The translations under genes were made by a program, and so were the position numbers. This document shows positions 11,272 to 22,269 of a stretch of 64,000 nucleotides of DNA, one piece after another. Source of the DNA: Nitrososphaeraceae archaeon (lineage in GTDB: Archaea; Thermoproteota; Nitrososphaeria; Nitrososphaerales; Nitrososphaeraceae); assembly GCA_044870765.1 (NCBI GenBank), contig JBIOZG010000054.1, positions 26,361 to 90,360 on the forward strand. The letters run 5' to 3'. The notes beneath the pieces were generated by a model. The model was not told where the DNA came from, made no database searches, and saw nothing but the letters and a program-made list of their open reading frames with translations. The first letter of the stretch is position 1, and each line of letters begins with the position of its first letter.

Positions 11272-12066
11272 CTATAAATAATCTGTGACCTTTAGATTTT
11301 TGCTAAGATTTACAATGCTTTTTGCCTCATTTATGCATGACATCCTTGATTTGATTTTCGAAAATTCCCGCAAGAATTCAATCTCCCATTTTAGAAATCC
11401 TATTCTGGAACCGTACAGCTGATTAAAAACAATTTTTTGATTTATTCGTTCTAATTTCGTCAGCCTGTGATAAAGTCTGTCAGCATCTTCCAATATCCCA
11501 TTGTCATGCAGAATATTTACAAAACTTCTCTTTGGTAAATTTAGCATTCCATCATTTACAAATCTGTCAAACACTGATAGGACTCTAAAATAATTTTCTC
11601 GTCCCGTGTAGCCTACAATAGTTGCAGGAAGCAAACGCAGAAACCTGAGAGATTTTTTGTTAACATGTTTTTCATCTAGAACTACGATGGACCTTCCAAA
11701 AGTCAGAATTGCATTAATTATCTGGTTTGGTAGACGTGCGTCCAATGTATCAGAGTTTGATTTAAGCTCAATCGGGTAGAACGATATAGAATCAATACTA
11801 CACTTTTCGCTTTTAGCAAACTCCGTCAATTGGCCTGTCCGCATGAGTACATTGTTGTAAAAATCGTTTGCTCCACCAAACTCAGATTGCTTTTTGGTTC
11901 GAGAGAATACTGCTATTACCAGATCAAACTGACCAAAGTAAGCTTCATTCTTTATTCTTATTTCGTCTTCTGGATTGGCAAAGGATATTGAATCGCCATT
12001 ATTATTTAAAATACGACCCGACTCCAGGGAGCTAACGAACAAATCCTTTAGCTTGGTTTCGTTCAA
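11272..12066 (-). CDS. PD-(D/E)XK nuclease-fold protein, sce7726-like
   Basis: FDLVI...PIELKSNSDTLDARLPNQI...SIVVLDEKH. Confidence 0.55.
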   Translation of the reverse strand: MNETKLKDLFVSSLESGRILNNNGDSISFANPEDEIRIKNEAYFGQFDLVIAVFSRTKKQSEFGGANDFYNNVLMRTGQLTEFAKSEKCSIDSISFYPIELKSNSDTLDARLPNQIINAILTFGRSIVVLDEKHVNKKSLRFLRLLPATIVGYTGRENYFRVLSVFDRFVNDGMLNLPKRSFVNILHDNGILEDADRLYHRLTKLERINQKIVFNQLYGSRIGFLKWEIEFLREFSKIKSRMSCINEAKSIVNLSKNLKVTDYL

Positions 12067-12281
12067 TGACTTACCGCCTTGCTAAGATAGTACGAAGTAA
12101 AATATGTACATGCATGGACAATATTATTTGCCTTTTGAGTTGTAGATACTTGAGCAACATCGAATTAAAATGCTGGTTGTATGCAGAGCCATAATTGGTG
12201 ATGCTGGTTTGTATTTAGTTTCCTTTTTGTTAATTAGAATATTCGGAGAATTCCTTTTTAAATACGACCAGTAATGTAAAA

Positions 12282-12755
12282 TTGGAATTAAAAATGAATG
12301 TAGAAGTCAAAAGGAAAACATTTTCCAAAATTCTTGTTGCCATACACGAATCTAGTAAATCGGCAGATAAAGCGGTGGATTATGCAACAAGAATTGCTCA
12401 AGACTATAACGCAATATTGGTCGTCCTTTATGTAGTTCGTACACAGTCCAATTTGGACACCGTAAACCTTCCAAGCCATGTAATTCATTTCAAGAAGCAA
12501 GCAGAAACATATCTTGGCAAGATTTCTGAAAAAATATACAAACACAGTGATACAGAAGATATTGTAAAAATTAAAACCGAAATTATTGCCTCAATCAAAA
12601 TTTCTGACGCAATTGTAAGTTACGCCAAGGATAAACACATAGATTTAATTGTAGTAGTTCCAAGAGGGAGATCCAAACTTAGGAGCTTTGTGCTCGGCAG
12701 TGTTACCTCCGATGTAGTAAGGCTTGCTCATTGTCCGGTTCTAACTGTGCGATAG
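12282..12755 (+). CDS. Universal stress protein
   Basis: FSKILVAI, DLIVV.PRGRS, LGSVTSDVVRLAHCPVLTVR. Confidence 0.93.
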   Translation: MELKMNVEVKRKTFSKILVAIHESSKSADKAVDYATRIAQDYNAILVVLYVVRTQSNLDTVNLPSHVIHFKKQAETYLGKISEKIYKHSDTEDIVKIKTEIIASIKISDAIVSYAKDKHIDLIVVVPRGRSKLRSFVLGSVTSDVVRLAHCPVLTVR

Positions 12756-12865
12756 ATAGAATATAAAACACATCCTAAATTAATCTATAGAAAATAAGGC
12801 AGAATTATTAGTTCAATACTTGGTAATGTCATCTTTTTGAAATTAACTTACTCAGGCCCACAGAT

Positions 12866-13487
12866 TTAGGGACCATACTTGAACTTAGAATAGAACCCAT
12901 TTTTACCAGACGAGTCCCATTCAAAACCAAGATCCCTATAGGTATTTTTGCTTGAACGAGCTATGATTGGATCATATCCGGGTGCTACGGTAAATGAAGG
13001 ATTTGTTACCAAACTATCACTATCAGTATTGTTACCCTTTATCGCTTCAATCTCTAATTCCATGAATTCTGAGATGCGTAACCTGCGACGTCTTCCTTTC
13101 ATTTCAAAGGTTATAGGAGCAGTCTTTATCCCAAGGACCTCACCTATGAGATTAGCTGCTGCAGCGAAGAACCCGCCTGAATGGCCTGAAAATATTTTGG
13201 ATAAAGCATTAACCTGCTCCTCACTAGAACGTTTGTCAATGTAGAAAGCTGCCTTCATTTTGGGTCCCGTGAACGTATTGCCAGGAGCCACGAATACTGC
13301 GACTACATTTAATCCTTCAAGTTGGATACTATCATAGTGACCTTTTTCTATATGCCAGCCAACAACTACATTGCAGTGCCCCTTATCAGGATCTTGTAGA
13401 AATATGCAATGGACAAATTGAGTCACAATTGCAGCCTTCAAAGTAGTCGCCCTCAAGTCTCCAATTTTGGGTGTTGCCCATAGTCAT
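12866..13487 (-). pseudogene. DUF1326 family protein with a one-base insertion
   Basis: N-terminal WRLEGDYFEGCNCDSICP is in a different frame from CIFLQDPDKGHC...; one extra base at about 13408. Confidence 0.85.
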
Positions 13488-13677
13488 TTAATATCTATCA
13501 TCAACAAGGAGTTTTTAGATATAAGGCTTGTCTTCGTTCCTTTTTTTCCAAATTACAGCCGAGACAAACTTCTATTCCTTTAAGGACAAGAATTTGACTC
13601 AAGTTTCTGAATATTTCCTGGCGCTTAGAATTGGCGAAGCATAAAGACTTAAGTGCCAAACTTGATTTTATCTTCGA

Positions 13678-13887
13678 ATGCCCCACAATAATAGTAAAAT
13701 CAATGAACTTGAAGATAGGATTAGGAATCTTCTCTTGGGTAATCCAGATCTCGCCCAACAGCTTATTGATAACATCTTAGATCGTGGATTGTTTGCTGTA
13801 AATAAACAGAAATCTGATTTAATAACTGCTACTGAATGTTTGCTAGTTACCAAAGCACTAAAAGACTTGAGTAATAATGCCCAATAG
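13678..13887 (+). CDS. Small hypothetical helical protein
   Basis: ATG-started protein-like 69-aa ORF. Confidence 0.5.
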   Translation: MPHNNSKINELEDRIRNLLLGNPDLAQQLIDNILDRGLFAVNKQKSDLITATECLLVTKALKDLSNNAQ

Positions 13888-13997
13888 TCATCTTTCCAAA
13901 CAATGTAAATTTCAGATTAACTGCTCTCCGAAAATAATGAATTTATTTTACCATAAAATTTTTTTCTTATAGGCTGATTTATTTTCAGATTAATCGG

Positions 13998-14432
13998 TTA
14001 CCATCCTGCTATATCCTTTTGACCAATAACTCTGATCGGCTTGATTTTTATCAATAGTTCTCCTCCTGCACTATTTCTCCTACCATAAATTTCTGACTTT
14101 TCTTGACCAACGTACCTTGCGGCAATTAGCTTGGCCCATTTAAAAACTTCGTTTGGGTCATCACTAATTATTTCTGCTATACCATCAATAGTAACAAACG
14201 AAAAAAGTGGAACTTGATCATCAACACATAAACGTACGCGATTGTCACGGGCAATATTTTTTGCCTTTACTGATTTGTCTCCGGTATTAAAAATAACATT
14301 TTCCTCTTCATCTAGGGTATACCATATTGGCACAACATGCGATGTCCCGTTCTTGTTAATCGTTCCTAATTTACCAGTAAAAGTTCCTTGCAAGAGAAAA
14401 TTTTTGATTTCATCCTTAGTCATTTCAGGCAT
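13998..14432 (-). CDS. PPOX-class F420-dependent oxidoreductase
   Basis: GKLGTINKNGTSHVVPIWY and KAKNIARDNRVRLCV. Confidence 0.9.
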   Translation of the reverse strand: MPEMTKDEIKNFLLQGTFTGKLGTINKNGTSHVVPIWYTLDEEENVIFNTGDKSVKAKNIARDNRVRLCVDDQVPLFSFVTIDGIAEIISDDPNEVFKWAKLIAARYVGQEKSEIYGRRNSAGGELLIKIKPIRVIGQKDIAGW

Positions 14433-14578
14433 TATTATTACAAGATAAATTTAAGTAATTTATTCCATACTATAACCAAGACTGATACCAAAATAATTCC
14501 TTGCTAATATCACCCTTGATCAATAGAGACTGCAACTTTGAAGTAATTTTATTATAATTTGTTCTTAATAATCACTTC

Positions 14579-14683
14579 ATGGCTGAGAAATCAGAAAATG
14601 AAGTAAAAGAAGGCGAAATGGAAGAAATCAAAGACAAAGTCCACGAATTACAAGATGCCGAACAAGATGAGGAAGAATCATGA
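14579..14683 (+). CDS. Acidic 34-aa microprotein (not in ORF track)
   Basis: MAEKSENEVKEGEMEEIKDKVHELQDAEQDEEES; AT-rich TATA-like sequence about 25 nt upstream. Confidence 0.5.
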   Translation: MAEKSENEVKEGEMEEIKDKVHELQDAEQDEEES

Positions 14684-15145
14684 TGGATGAACTAGGAGTC
14701 GCCTTAGTTTGTAGTTTCAATTTCTGAGAGAAACAAAAGATTAATGATCTGTTCTTAATTTTAAATCCTATTTTTTAACCGTTAACATGATATGGATAGA
14801 CAGTACAGTTTTTAGGCATACTAAATTACTCAAAAAAATAATTTCAGTAGAAAATGTGGTAGTTGAAATTTGGATTCCAGCTATCAGTGCTGTATTTGGT
14901 ATCGGATCGGTTATTTTGCAATGTTTATGTGTCAAATATTTAATGCTAGAAAATTTGCGAAATGATTTTAACGAAACCATTCCGACATATATTACGCAAA
15001 GGAACCTTGGGTGGGATATGCTCTAATTTTTACGATAGGCATGATTCTGAAATTTATCTAAACCCTTGGAATGGGAGTCAATCAAATTTCATGTTACCTA
15101 AAACTATTTATCATAGCATTCGTACACTCGTGATAGCAAAAGAAG

Positions 15146-15613
15146 ATGGAAAAAAACCGCCCTTCTGGTGTTACCATAGTGGCCGTACTAGCTATAGTTA
15201 GCGGAATTATCCTTATAGTTGGAGCTGTTTTTACTATATATCTTGTTCCAGACATAATAACTTCACAACTCACTATCGAAATGTCTAATCTTACAAGTAC
15301 AAATCAGTTAAGTCCTGAATTCGGTCCCACCCTAACTAGAGCAATAATAAATATAGTCTATATCGTTTCATCTGCCGCAATCGCGCTAGGAATTGCGTGG
15401 TTTGGGTTAGCTTGGAGCTTGTTTACTGGTAAAGGTTGGGCTTGGTTGATCACTGTAATTCTTGCTATAATATCTATAGTATTTAGTATTGTGGCAATAA
15501 TGGGTGCTTATATAACAAGCATTCCTACATTAATTATTAGTGGAATAATCCTTTACTACATGTACAGACCGCAAGTAAAGTCATACTTTGGGAGAGTTAA
15601 AATATCCAAATAG
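15146..15613 (+). CDS. Four-TM hypothetical membrane protein
   Basis: RPSGVTIVAVL...GKGWAW...YMYRPQVKSYF. Confidence 0.8.
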   Translation: MEKNRPSGVTIVAVLAIVSGIILIVGAVFTIYLVPDIITSQLTIEMSNLTSTNQLSPEFGPTLTRAIINIVYIVSSAAIALGIAWFGLAWSLFTGKGWAWLITVILAIISIVFSIVAIMGAYITSIPTLIISGIILYYMYRPQVKSYFGRVKISK

Positions 15614-15723
15614 GTTCTTGCTACGACGAATTCTGATATTTCTATTGAAATTAAAACCCTACAACATCCATAATTTCAGCAAGTATGGGAATTTAATTTA
15701 TATTGGTAATTTCTTGATACTAT

Positions 15724-16323
15724 TCAGGATTCTGACTCGTCTCTTGAATGTCGCCTTTGTATTAGATACTTAATTGTAGATTTATGATTGCCAGGCATCT
15801 GATTATACTCCATCATGTCGCCTTTCTTTGTCATCCGATTCTTCTCTAAAACTCGTATCGAAGCTTTGTTTTCAGAATACACATATGCCCACACTTCTTC
15901 TAATCCTAGAACAGAGAGCGCAAAATTGATGACTAAGGCGACAGACTCAGTTCCTATACCTTTGCTCCAGTATCGTTCTCCAATCCAGTACCCTAAATTT
16001 CCTTTCTTGGCAATATCTAAATCCTTTAGACCTATTATCCCAACTAAACGAATAGGATCATTAGTATTATTCTTGTACTCTATCGCAAAATTTAGACCCT
16101 TGAGTGACGTAAAATCTTTATGACTTGAATCGATAAAATTTAGAGCATCTTCTAAAGTGTAGGGAAAGGGGACTTTCCATAAAGATTTGGATATATTATG
16201 AGTAACTAACTGGCTAATATCCTTGGCGTCGTCAATTGAGAGTTTTCTCAATTTTACTAATAGACCGTTTAATTCAGGAAAGTAGCTGTAGGTTGATCCA
16301 GTCATAGTTTCTTGAAAACTCAA
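15724..16323 (-). CDS. GNAT N-acetyltransferase (RimJ/RimL family)
   Basis: LGYWIGERYWSKGIGTE and ENKASIRVLEK. Confidence 0.9.
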   Translation of the reverse strand: MSFQETMTGSTYSYFPELNGLLVKLRKLSIDDAKDISQLVTHNISKSLWKVPFPYTLEDALNFIDSSHKDFTSLKGLNFAIEYKNNTNDPIRLVGIIGLKDLDIAKKGNLGYWIGERYWSKGIGTESVALVINFALSVLGLEEVWAYVYSENKASIRVLEKNRMTKKGDMMEYNQMPGNHKSTIKYLIQRRHSRDESES

Positions 16324-16445
16324 AAAGTAATCTTAACTATAAAATATTGTTATGCAACGTACAAAAATAATCTCATTTCGTTTGATTCAATTCGTTAGCA
16401 AAATTACTTGTTGATCTTGGTAGGGAATTGTCAACTTCAGGGCCA

Positions 16446-17414
16446 TTACTTATCAAATCCAATTGCACATGCGTCGGATAATAAATAATCTATTATTTCT
16501 TGCAAATCAATCGTGGCAAGACAGCAAACCTTATCTGCAGCACCGTAATAGACGAATAACCTGTTGTCCAAAACACAGGCTCCGCTAGGAAATACGACAT
16601 TGTTGACATCACCTTTTAACTCATAATCTTCTTTTGGAGCAAGTAGTGGGCTTTTTGTTCTTCCCAGAATTTTATTTGGATCTTTTATATCTAGTAAAAA
16701 GGCCCCAGCACTGTAAACATGCTCTGAACTAACTCCATGATAAATTACAAGCCATCCCTTTTTTGTCCTAATGGGCGGGACACCAGTTCCTACCTTTAAC
16801 GCCTCCCAACTTTGTTCTGGTTTAATGAGCAACGAGTGTTTCACAAAATTGGTGACCGAATCACCTTCTGCGATCCATATGCTGGGTCTATCTGTATTGT
16901 ATTCTGGACCTATCCAACTGCTTGGCCTGTGAAGTATCATGTATTTTCCGAGTTCAAAATCGCCATCAGATTTTGGAAAAAGAACAACATCTTTATCTTG
17001 TGATCCCTCGACGGTTATTATGCCAAGTTTTTCATAGTTAAAAAAATCATTTGTCCTTGCAAGTGCTGATGATACTGAGGGATTATTTCTGACGTAATTT
17101 GAGAGTACAACATACGTTACATAGTTTTCACCATCAATAATCGTTAAACGGGGATCTTCAATACCAAAACTTTCGTATTCCATCTCTGGATACATCGATG
17201 GTTCCTTACGTCTTATGAAAGACAGGCCATCATTACTTGAGGCATAACCAATCCGGGATACATAATCCTCGTATTCTCCAATTGCTCTATAGAGCATGTG
17301 TATATTTTTACCATCATTGAGAACCGAGCAATTAAACACTGCCTTTGATTCCCACCAATTTGATGGATCAGGAACCATAATCGGATTAATTTTGGATCTT
17401 TTTAATTGAAGCAT
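16446..17414 (-). CDS. GH130 glycoside hydrolase/phosphorylase
   Basis: AVFN, MLYRA, GIEDPR, DKDVVLFP, LHRP, VIYHG, NVVFPSG and YYGAAD motifs. Confidence 0.9.
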   Translation of the reverse strand: MLQLKRSKINPIMVPDPSNWWESKAVFNCSVLNDGKNIHMLYRAIGEYEDYVSRIGYASSNDGLSFIRRKEPSMYPEMEYESFGIEDPRLTIIDGENYVTYVVLSNYVRNNPSVSSALARTNDFFNYEKLGIITVEGSQDKDVVLFPKSDGDFELGKYMILHRPSSWIGPEYNTDRPSIWIAEGDSVTNFVKHSLLIKPEQSWEALKVGTGVPPIRTKKGWLVIYHGVSSEHVYSAGAFLLDIKDPNKILGRTKSPLLAPKEDYELKGDVNNVVFPSGACVLDNRLFVYYGAADKVCCLATIDLQEIIDYLLSDACAIGFDK

Positions 17415-17696
17415 TTGATTCTTAAATCCTAACTACCTAGTAGCTTTTCGCTATAAATATTATATGTATCTAATTTGAAAATTCCATAACATCCTGAGAA
17501 TTGGTTATAAGATTATCTAATTCTGATAATTAGTATCGATTGTTATCTTCTCAACTAATTGGGTGTCTAAGGGTATACAGATGACCATTCAATCCTGTTA
17601 TGGTTTACGTGTCACGAAGCAGGAAGACCTTACCTGAGGAGCAAAACACGGTAATAAATGTTAAATATTGTCCCGTTGATAATGTTATGATGTAAA

Positions 17697-17972
17697 GTGA
17701 ATAACAAGGTTGCTGATTCATGTGAGCATATGGATAAAGTTAATCAAGATTCAAAGGGAAATACTAAAGGATGTGAAGAATGCGAAAAAATCGGATCTGA
17801 TTGGGTTCACTTACGCCTATGTCTGACGTGTGGCCATGTAGGTTGCTGTGATTCTTCTTTAAATAAACATGGAACAAAGCATTTTAAATCTACAGGTCAT
17901 CCAATCATAAGATCCTTTGAACCCGGTGAAAAGTGGAAGTGGTGTTATGTTGATGAACTTTTTATCAGATAG
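17697..17972 (+). CDS. UBP-type zinc finger protein
   Basis: CEEC...LRLCLTCGHVGCCDSS..KHGTKHF...WCYVD. Confidence 0.93.
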   Translation: MNNKVADSCEHMDKVNQDSKGNTKGCEECEKIGSDWVHLRLCLTCGHVGCCDSSLNKHGTKHFKSTGHPIIRSFEPGEKWKWCYVDELFIR

Positions 17973-18042
17973 CAAACTTATTACTCAGAGTAACCAATTC
18001 AGGACACTCAGGTGTTGAAACCGACAATTATGGGGTGCGAAT

Positions 18043-18720
18043 GTGAAACCAATTATTAAACCGCTACCCAACGGCCCGTATTATCTGATAAACGATCTCC
18101 AACCAAAAATAGTCAATAACCTTTTAAATTCTAAAGGAGAGCCTCTAGGTACAATTGCAGGAGTGGCATTATGTCGCTGTGGGGGATCAAAGAACAAGCC
18201 ATTTTGCGATGGCACACACAGTATAATAGGATTTTCAAGTAAGAATAACACTGCAGACAAGAACGATAACCCCAATAGGATCGTTATTAAGAATATTAGA
18301 CGTGACTATCCTGGAAAAGAGATTACAATTCATGATAATAGAAAAATTTGTTCACATGCAGTAGAGTGTGTTAATAATCTTTCTTCTGTGTTTAAATTAG
18401 GATCCAGTCCTTGGATCGACCCTGACGGTGCCAAAATGGACGATATAATAAACACCGTGAGAAAATGTCCGTCTGGCGCATTAAGTTACTCCATTGATGG
18501 CGTTGAATACAGAGATCCGAAGGAACAAAGAAATCCCAATGTTACGGTGTTAAAAAACGGACCTTACCATATTACTGGAGGAATTGAACTATTTGGTGAA
18601 GATATTCAATTTGGGCAAGGAGCGTCGAAAGAACATTATACTCTATGTCGTTGTGGAGCTTCTGAGAATAAGCCATTCTGTGATGGCGCTCATAGAAAGG
18701 TGAAGTTTGAAGATAGATGA
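18043..18720 (+). CDS. CDGSH 2Fe-2S / divergent ferredoxin (Fer4_19) / CDGSH protein
   Basis: Two LCRCG.S.NKPFCDG.H motifs flank CSHAVEC...CPSGAL. Confidence 0.92.
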   Translation: MKPIIKPLPNGPYYLINDLQPKIVNNLLNSKGEPLGTIAGVALCRCGGSKNKPFCDGTHSIIGFSSKNNTADKNDNPNRIVIKNIRRDYPGKEITIHDNRKICSHAVECVNNLSSVFKLGSSPWIDPDGAKMDDIINTVRKCPSGALSYSIDGVEYRDPKEQRNPNVTVLKNGPYHITGGIELFGEDIQFGQGASKEHYTLCRCGASENKPFCDGAHRKVKFEDR

Positions 18721-19035
18721 GAAAAATAAAAACAGATTTTTATTGTTTTTAATTTCGTTTTTATAGATTTTGAATTTTTACCAGATATGCATCATGAATA
18801 TGGGAATCCATCGTAGAATACCGCCCAGGTCCCATGCCTTGTTTGGAACAAATCTGAGTAATCCTAGATCTGCCCTAATGTACATATTTAGTCTCTATTA
18901 TGGTAATGTCTATTATGCTAATATAGTAGAAATCTGTCCGTATTGTTAGTTCAATGTTTGTTGTCAATAATTTTTATTCAGAATTTTAAGATATTTATAA
19001 TCATGTACGTAAAGGATATTGAAAGATGGTGTAGG

Positions 19036-20238
19036 ATGGTTATTGAAATTGGTCCAATTTTGCAGGATTTTACTGTTATCATGATTGTTGCATCTGTAAT
19101 GGCAATGGTTTCTTACAAACTTAAGCAACCGATGGTAATAGGTTATATCATTGCCGGTATGATAATAGGACCGTTTACCCCACCGTTCAGTTTAATCAGC
19201 AATTTTGATGTTCTAAATCTGTTTGCGGAAATAGGAGTTATCTTGCTACTGTTTGTGGTGGGTATGGAATTTCCTATAGAAAAACTAAGAAGGATTGGTA
19301 AGAAAGCATTGGTCATAGCCTTTAGTGAGGCATTAGGCACATTTGCTCTAGGTTTTATTGTATGTCAGGTATTGAAATACTCTATGGCCGATAGCCTCTT
19401 CTTAGCTTTGGCCATTTCTGTAACTAGTACGGTAATTGTAATGCGTATTTTAGATGAGCTTGGTATGATAAAAGATGAAGCTTCTACAATAGTTCTCGGT
19501 GTTGCAGTAATCGAAGATATCATAATCATATCTATGTTAGCTATCTTACAATCTGTCACATCTGCCGGTGGCCTATCCGGAATGGAATTAGTCGTGTCTA
19601 TCGGTACTGTTCTTGCATTTATCGGAGGTGCTCTGTTTATAGGTTCAAAAACAGTACCCAGATTTGTAAATCTAATTGGCAAAACCAATCAACACGATGT
19701 CCTAGTTGTTGCAATTCTTGGAGTAGCTTTTGGTCTCTCATTCATGGCGTTTGAGATTGGCATATCTGTGGCTACAGGGGCTTTCTTTGCTGGGGTTTTG
19801 ATTGCAGAATCAAAGGTTCATTCAGTTACCCGAGTGTTAACCACTCCTCTTAAAGACATGTTTGGTGCAATCTTTTTTGTTTCCATTGGTGCCCTGATGG
19901 ACATTACAATGATACCAAGTTTCATAGTGCCAGCACTTATGCTTATAGCAATATCCATAGGGGCCAAATTCCTAACTGTTTATATCTCTTCTAGATCACA
20001 AGGTTACCCTGCCAAAGCGTCACTGAAAGCCGCCTTTGGACTTTCATCATCTGGAGGAGAACTGGCACTAGTAGTAGCCAAAGGAGGAGCCGACGTGGGA
20101 ACTACGAGTTCGTTTGTGCTGCCAATGGTAGGAGCTATGACCATAATTACAACCTTCCTTACACCGTATTTGATAAAGATAGGATGGAAAGTTGTAGAGA
20201 ATAGGGGAAGTGGGGATAAAGCACTTGAATCTGATTAA
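19036..20238 (+). CDS. CPA2 cation:proton antiporter
   Basis: GYIIAG, AEIGVILLLFVVGME, SVTST, VIEDI and GAFFAG motifs; about 12 TM helices. Confidence 0.92.
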   Translation: MVIEIGPILQDFTVIMIVASVMAMVSYKLKQPMVIGYIIAGMIIGPFTPPFSLISNFDVLNLFAEIGVILLLFVVGMEFPIEKLRRIGKKALVIAFSEALGTFALGFIVCQVLKYSMADSLFLALAISVTSTVIVMRILDELGMIKDEASTIVLGVAVIEDIIIISMLAILQSVTSAGGLSGMELVVSIGTVLAFIGGALFIGSKTVPRFVNLIGKTNQHDVLVVAILGVAFGLSFMAFEIGISVATGAFFAGVLIAESKVHSVTRVLTTPLKDMFGAIFFVSIGALMDITMIPSFIVPALMLIAISIGAKFLTVYISSRSQGYPAKASLKAAFGLSSSGGELALVVAKGGADVGTTSSFVLPMVGAMTIITTFLTPYLIKIGWKVVENRGSGDKALESD

Positions 20239-20285
20239 AAAGAAATAAATTGTATACTCAAGGTTGCATTTGAATTCTTTATAGT

Positions 20286-20672
20286 TTAGCTATCAACAAT
20301 CTCTTCTATTGTTTCTTCCCTACCATCACGTCTATGCCTGCCTAGTTGTTCAACACAGATAGTAAAACCGACATGTGCGCAATCATCAGATCTACAATAG
20401 TTACAAAATGGTATACCAGATGATAACTTTACCTCAACTTCCTTTGCTAAGGATGTGTCATAAAGCACAGTGTGCTCATCATTAACAAATTTAATTAATA
20501 CAAGCGCGTTATCTGAATTAAGGGATTTCTTATTAGACGACCCCATCCACTGCATGAATGCCTCTGTCCCATCTTCTATTGTTTCACACCTGTGTAACTG
20601 CTTATTGTCGTCAGGAGGTTCATTAGGGTCGGTATTTTGATCTTCACTTGAACTATGAGGATTTTTTTTCAA
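20286..20672 (-). CDS. Hypothetical protein with SWIM-like Zn motif
   Basis: FCNYCRSDDCAHV. Confidence 0.65.
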   Translation of the reverse strand: MKKNPHSSSEDQNTDPNEPPDDNKQLHRCETIEDGTEAFMQWMGSSNKKSLNSDNALVLIKFVNDEHTVLYDTSLAKEVEVKLSSGIPFCNYCRSDDCAHVGFTICVEQLGRHRRDGREETIEEIVDS

Positions 20673-20884
20673 ATGTATTGCCTTTTTTCTGTGCTATTAT
20701 GAGACTTACATTATATTTTAATATATTGTCCATATGACCATGAGATTTAAGCTCAGGACATCATAATGAAATTGGAACTTTCGGGTATTCAGGGAGAATG
20801 ATTGCATGCCTGAGTTGATTTTCACAATTAAGAGAATAAATTGGTGAGATTATTATTTGTCCGTAATAAATTAAAGGCAACTTT

Positions 20885-21190
20885 ATGAAGGTAAGAGTCT
20901 ATTTCTGCAGGGAACCTGATGTTCAAGCCAGAATACTAAGAGACAATAGACTGAGCCGACAGGCACTTGATACCATATACGATCTAGTCTGGGAATGCGA
21001 ATTCAAGAACATTCTGAATGTTGGGAGGATTTGGCTTAAATTTAATGCAGAGATACAAAAACCATTTGGAATAGCCCTGAGAAAAAAGCGGAGTCATAGC
21101 AAGATTGCTCCGGGAGATATCATACAGATGGCTGAAGATTTTTTCCTAGTTCATGACATTGGTGCTAAAAAAATAAAGATAAGCGATTAA
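20885..21190 (+). CDS. Hypothetical protein, possible YodL-like domain
   Basis: YDLVWE..IWLKFN..HSKIAPGDIIQM..FFLVHDIG resembles the YodL pattern as recalled. Confidence 0.5.
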   Translation: MKVRVYFCREPDVQARILRDNRLSRQALDTIYDLVWECEFKNILNVGRIWLKFNAEIQKPFGIALRKKRSHSKIAPGDIIQMAEDFFLVHDIGAKKIKISD

Positions 21191-21567
21191 TTTATTTCTA
21201 AAAATTCAAAAAAATTGTTTGCAAGTTGAGTTTATCCCAGCTGATTCAAGAGTGAGAGTCTGGGATTGTATTTGCATCCGCCAGCCATATAGCACTTGTT
21301 CTGCGGTATTGAAAGAAGTACCCATAGTTCCAGTACCCCTCCGCTTTGATCACATTATAATATAAACATTCAATTCGGCAGTAGAGATAAAAACCATTAA
21401 TTTTGTAACTCGTAATAATAATTTAGTAAAATAGGACAGACAAATTGAAGGGATGATTAGAAAGTATTACGAAAGAAACTCAATTTCTTAATTAATTTCT
21501 GAGCCAACCTATCATACATGTGAGGAAATACCATTTTACAACTGTTCTTTGAGAGCATTAATATGGC

Positions 21568-21918
21568 TTGTCCATAATATATGAAATAGTGATAAAAGCC
21601 AAATGCGGTCACGTGGTGGAAAAAAAATACATAGATGTACACGACGGACTGTGTAGAAAATGTCATTCTAACTTTTCGTTTATACTGGATATAGTTTCAA
21701 AAGGAGGCGACGATGCGTTGGTCCAGTACTGGTATGGTATGATACTAACCAATTTATCTGGAGTAAACAAACAGGAATCTACTTGTCTTATTGAGCACCT
21801 CATTGAATATTATAGAAGCCAGTTAGTCATGGTTCCATCAAAGGAGAGGTATATAAAAAAGATGTTGTATATGTTAAATTCTTTGCGGGAACCAACAGAT
21901 ATTGAAAAATTAAGATAA
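21568..21918 (+). CDS. Hypothetical protein with N-terminal Zn-binding motif
   Basis: KCGH...GLCRKCH. Confidence 0.65.
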   Translation: MSIIYEIVIKAKCGHVVEKKYIDVHDGLCRKCHSNFSFILDIVSKGGDDALVQYWYGMILTNLSGVNKQESTCLIEHLIEYYRSQLVMVPSKERYIKKMLYMLNSLREPTDIEKLR

Positions 21919-22269
21919 GCGTCTGGCAGATTCCACAGTAGGCATTTGAATTTTGTTGCATTTTGCTTACTATAGACGCTTTGGTACGTGGACCAATTAC
22001 AGGTAACTGCAAATTCAATTCATGTCATGTTTCCAAACATATTGATCTGTCTTATTCTAATTGTAATATAATGCTGAAAGTTTAAAACGGTACTAATAAA
22101 CTGTTTCTATACCTTTTTCAGTAACTTTACGACACTTGCATGCTATCACCTTGTAGTTTGCATAGATGCAAGATTTTGATTATAATCGACCATCTAAATT
22201 GAGTATTTGCTATTGTAGCTACTGAGGTTCTTGGTATGATGCTTTCACGGATTTTAGATTTGTTCTAGT

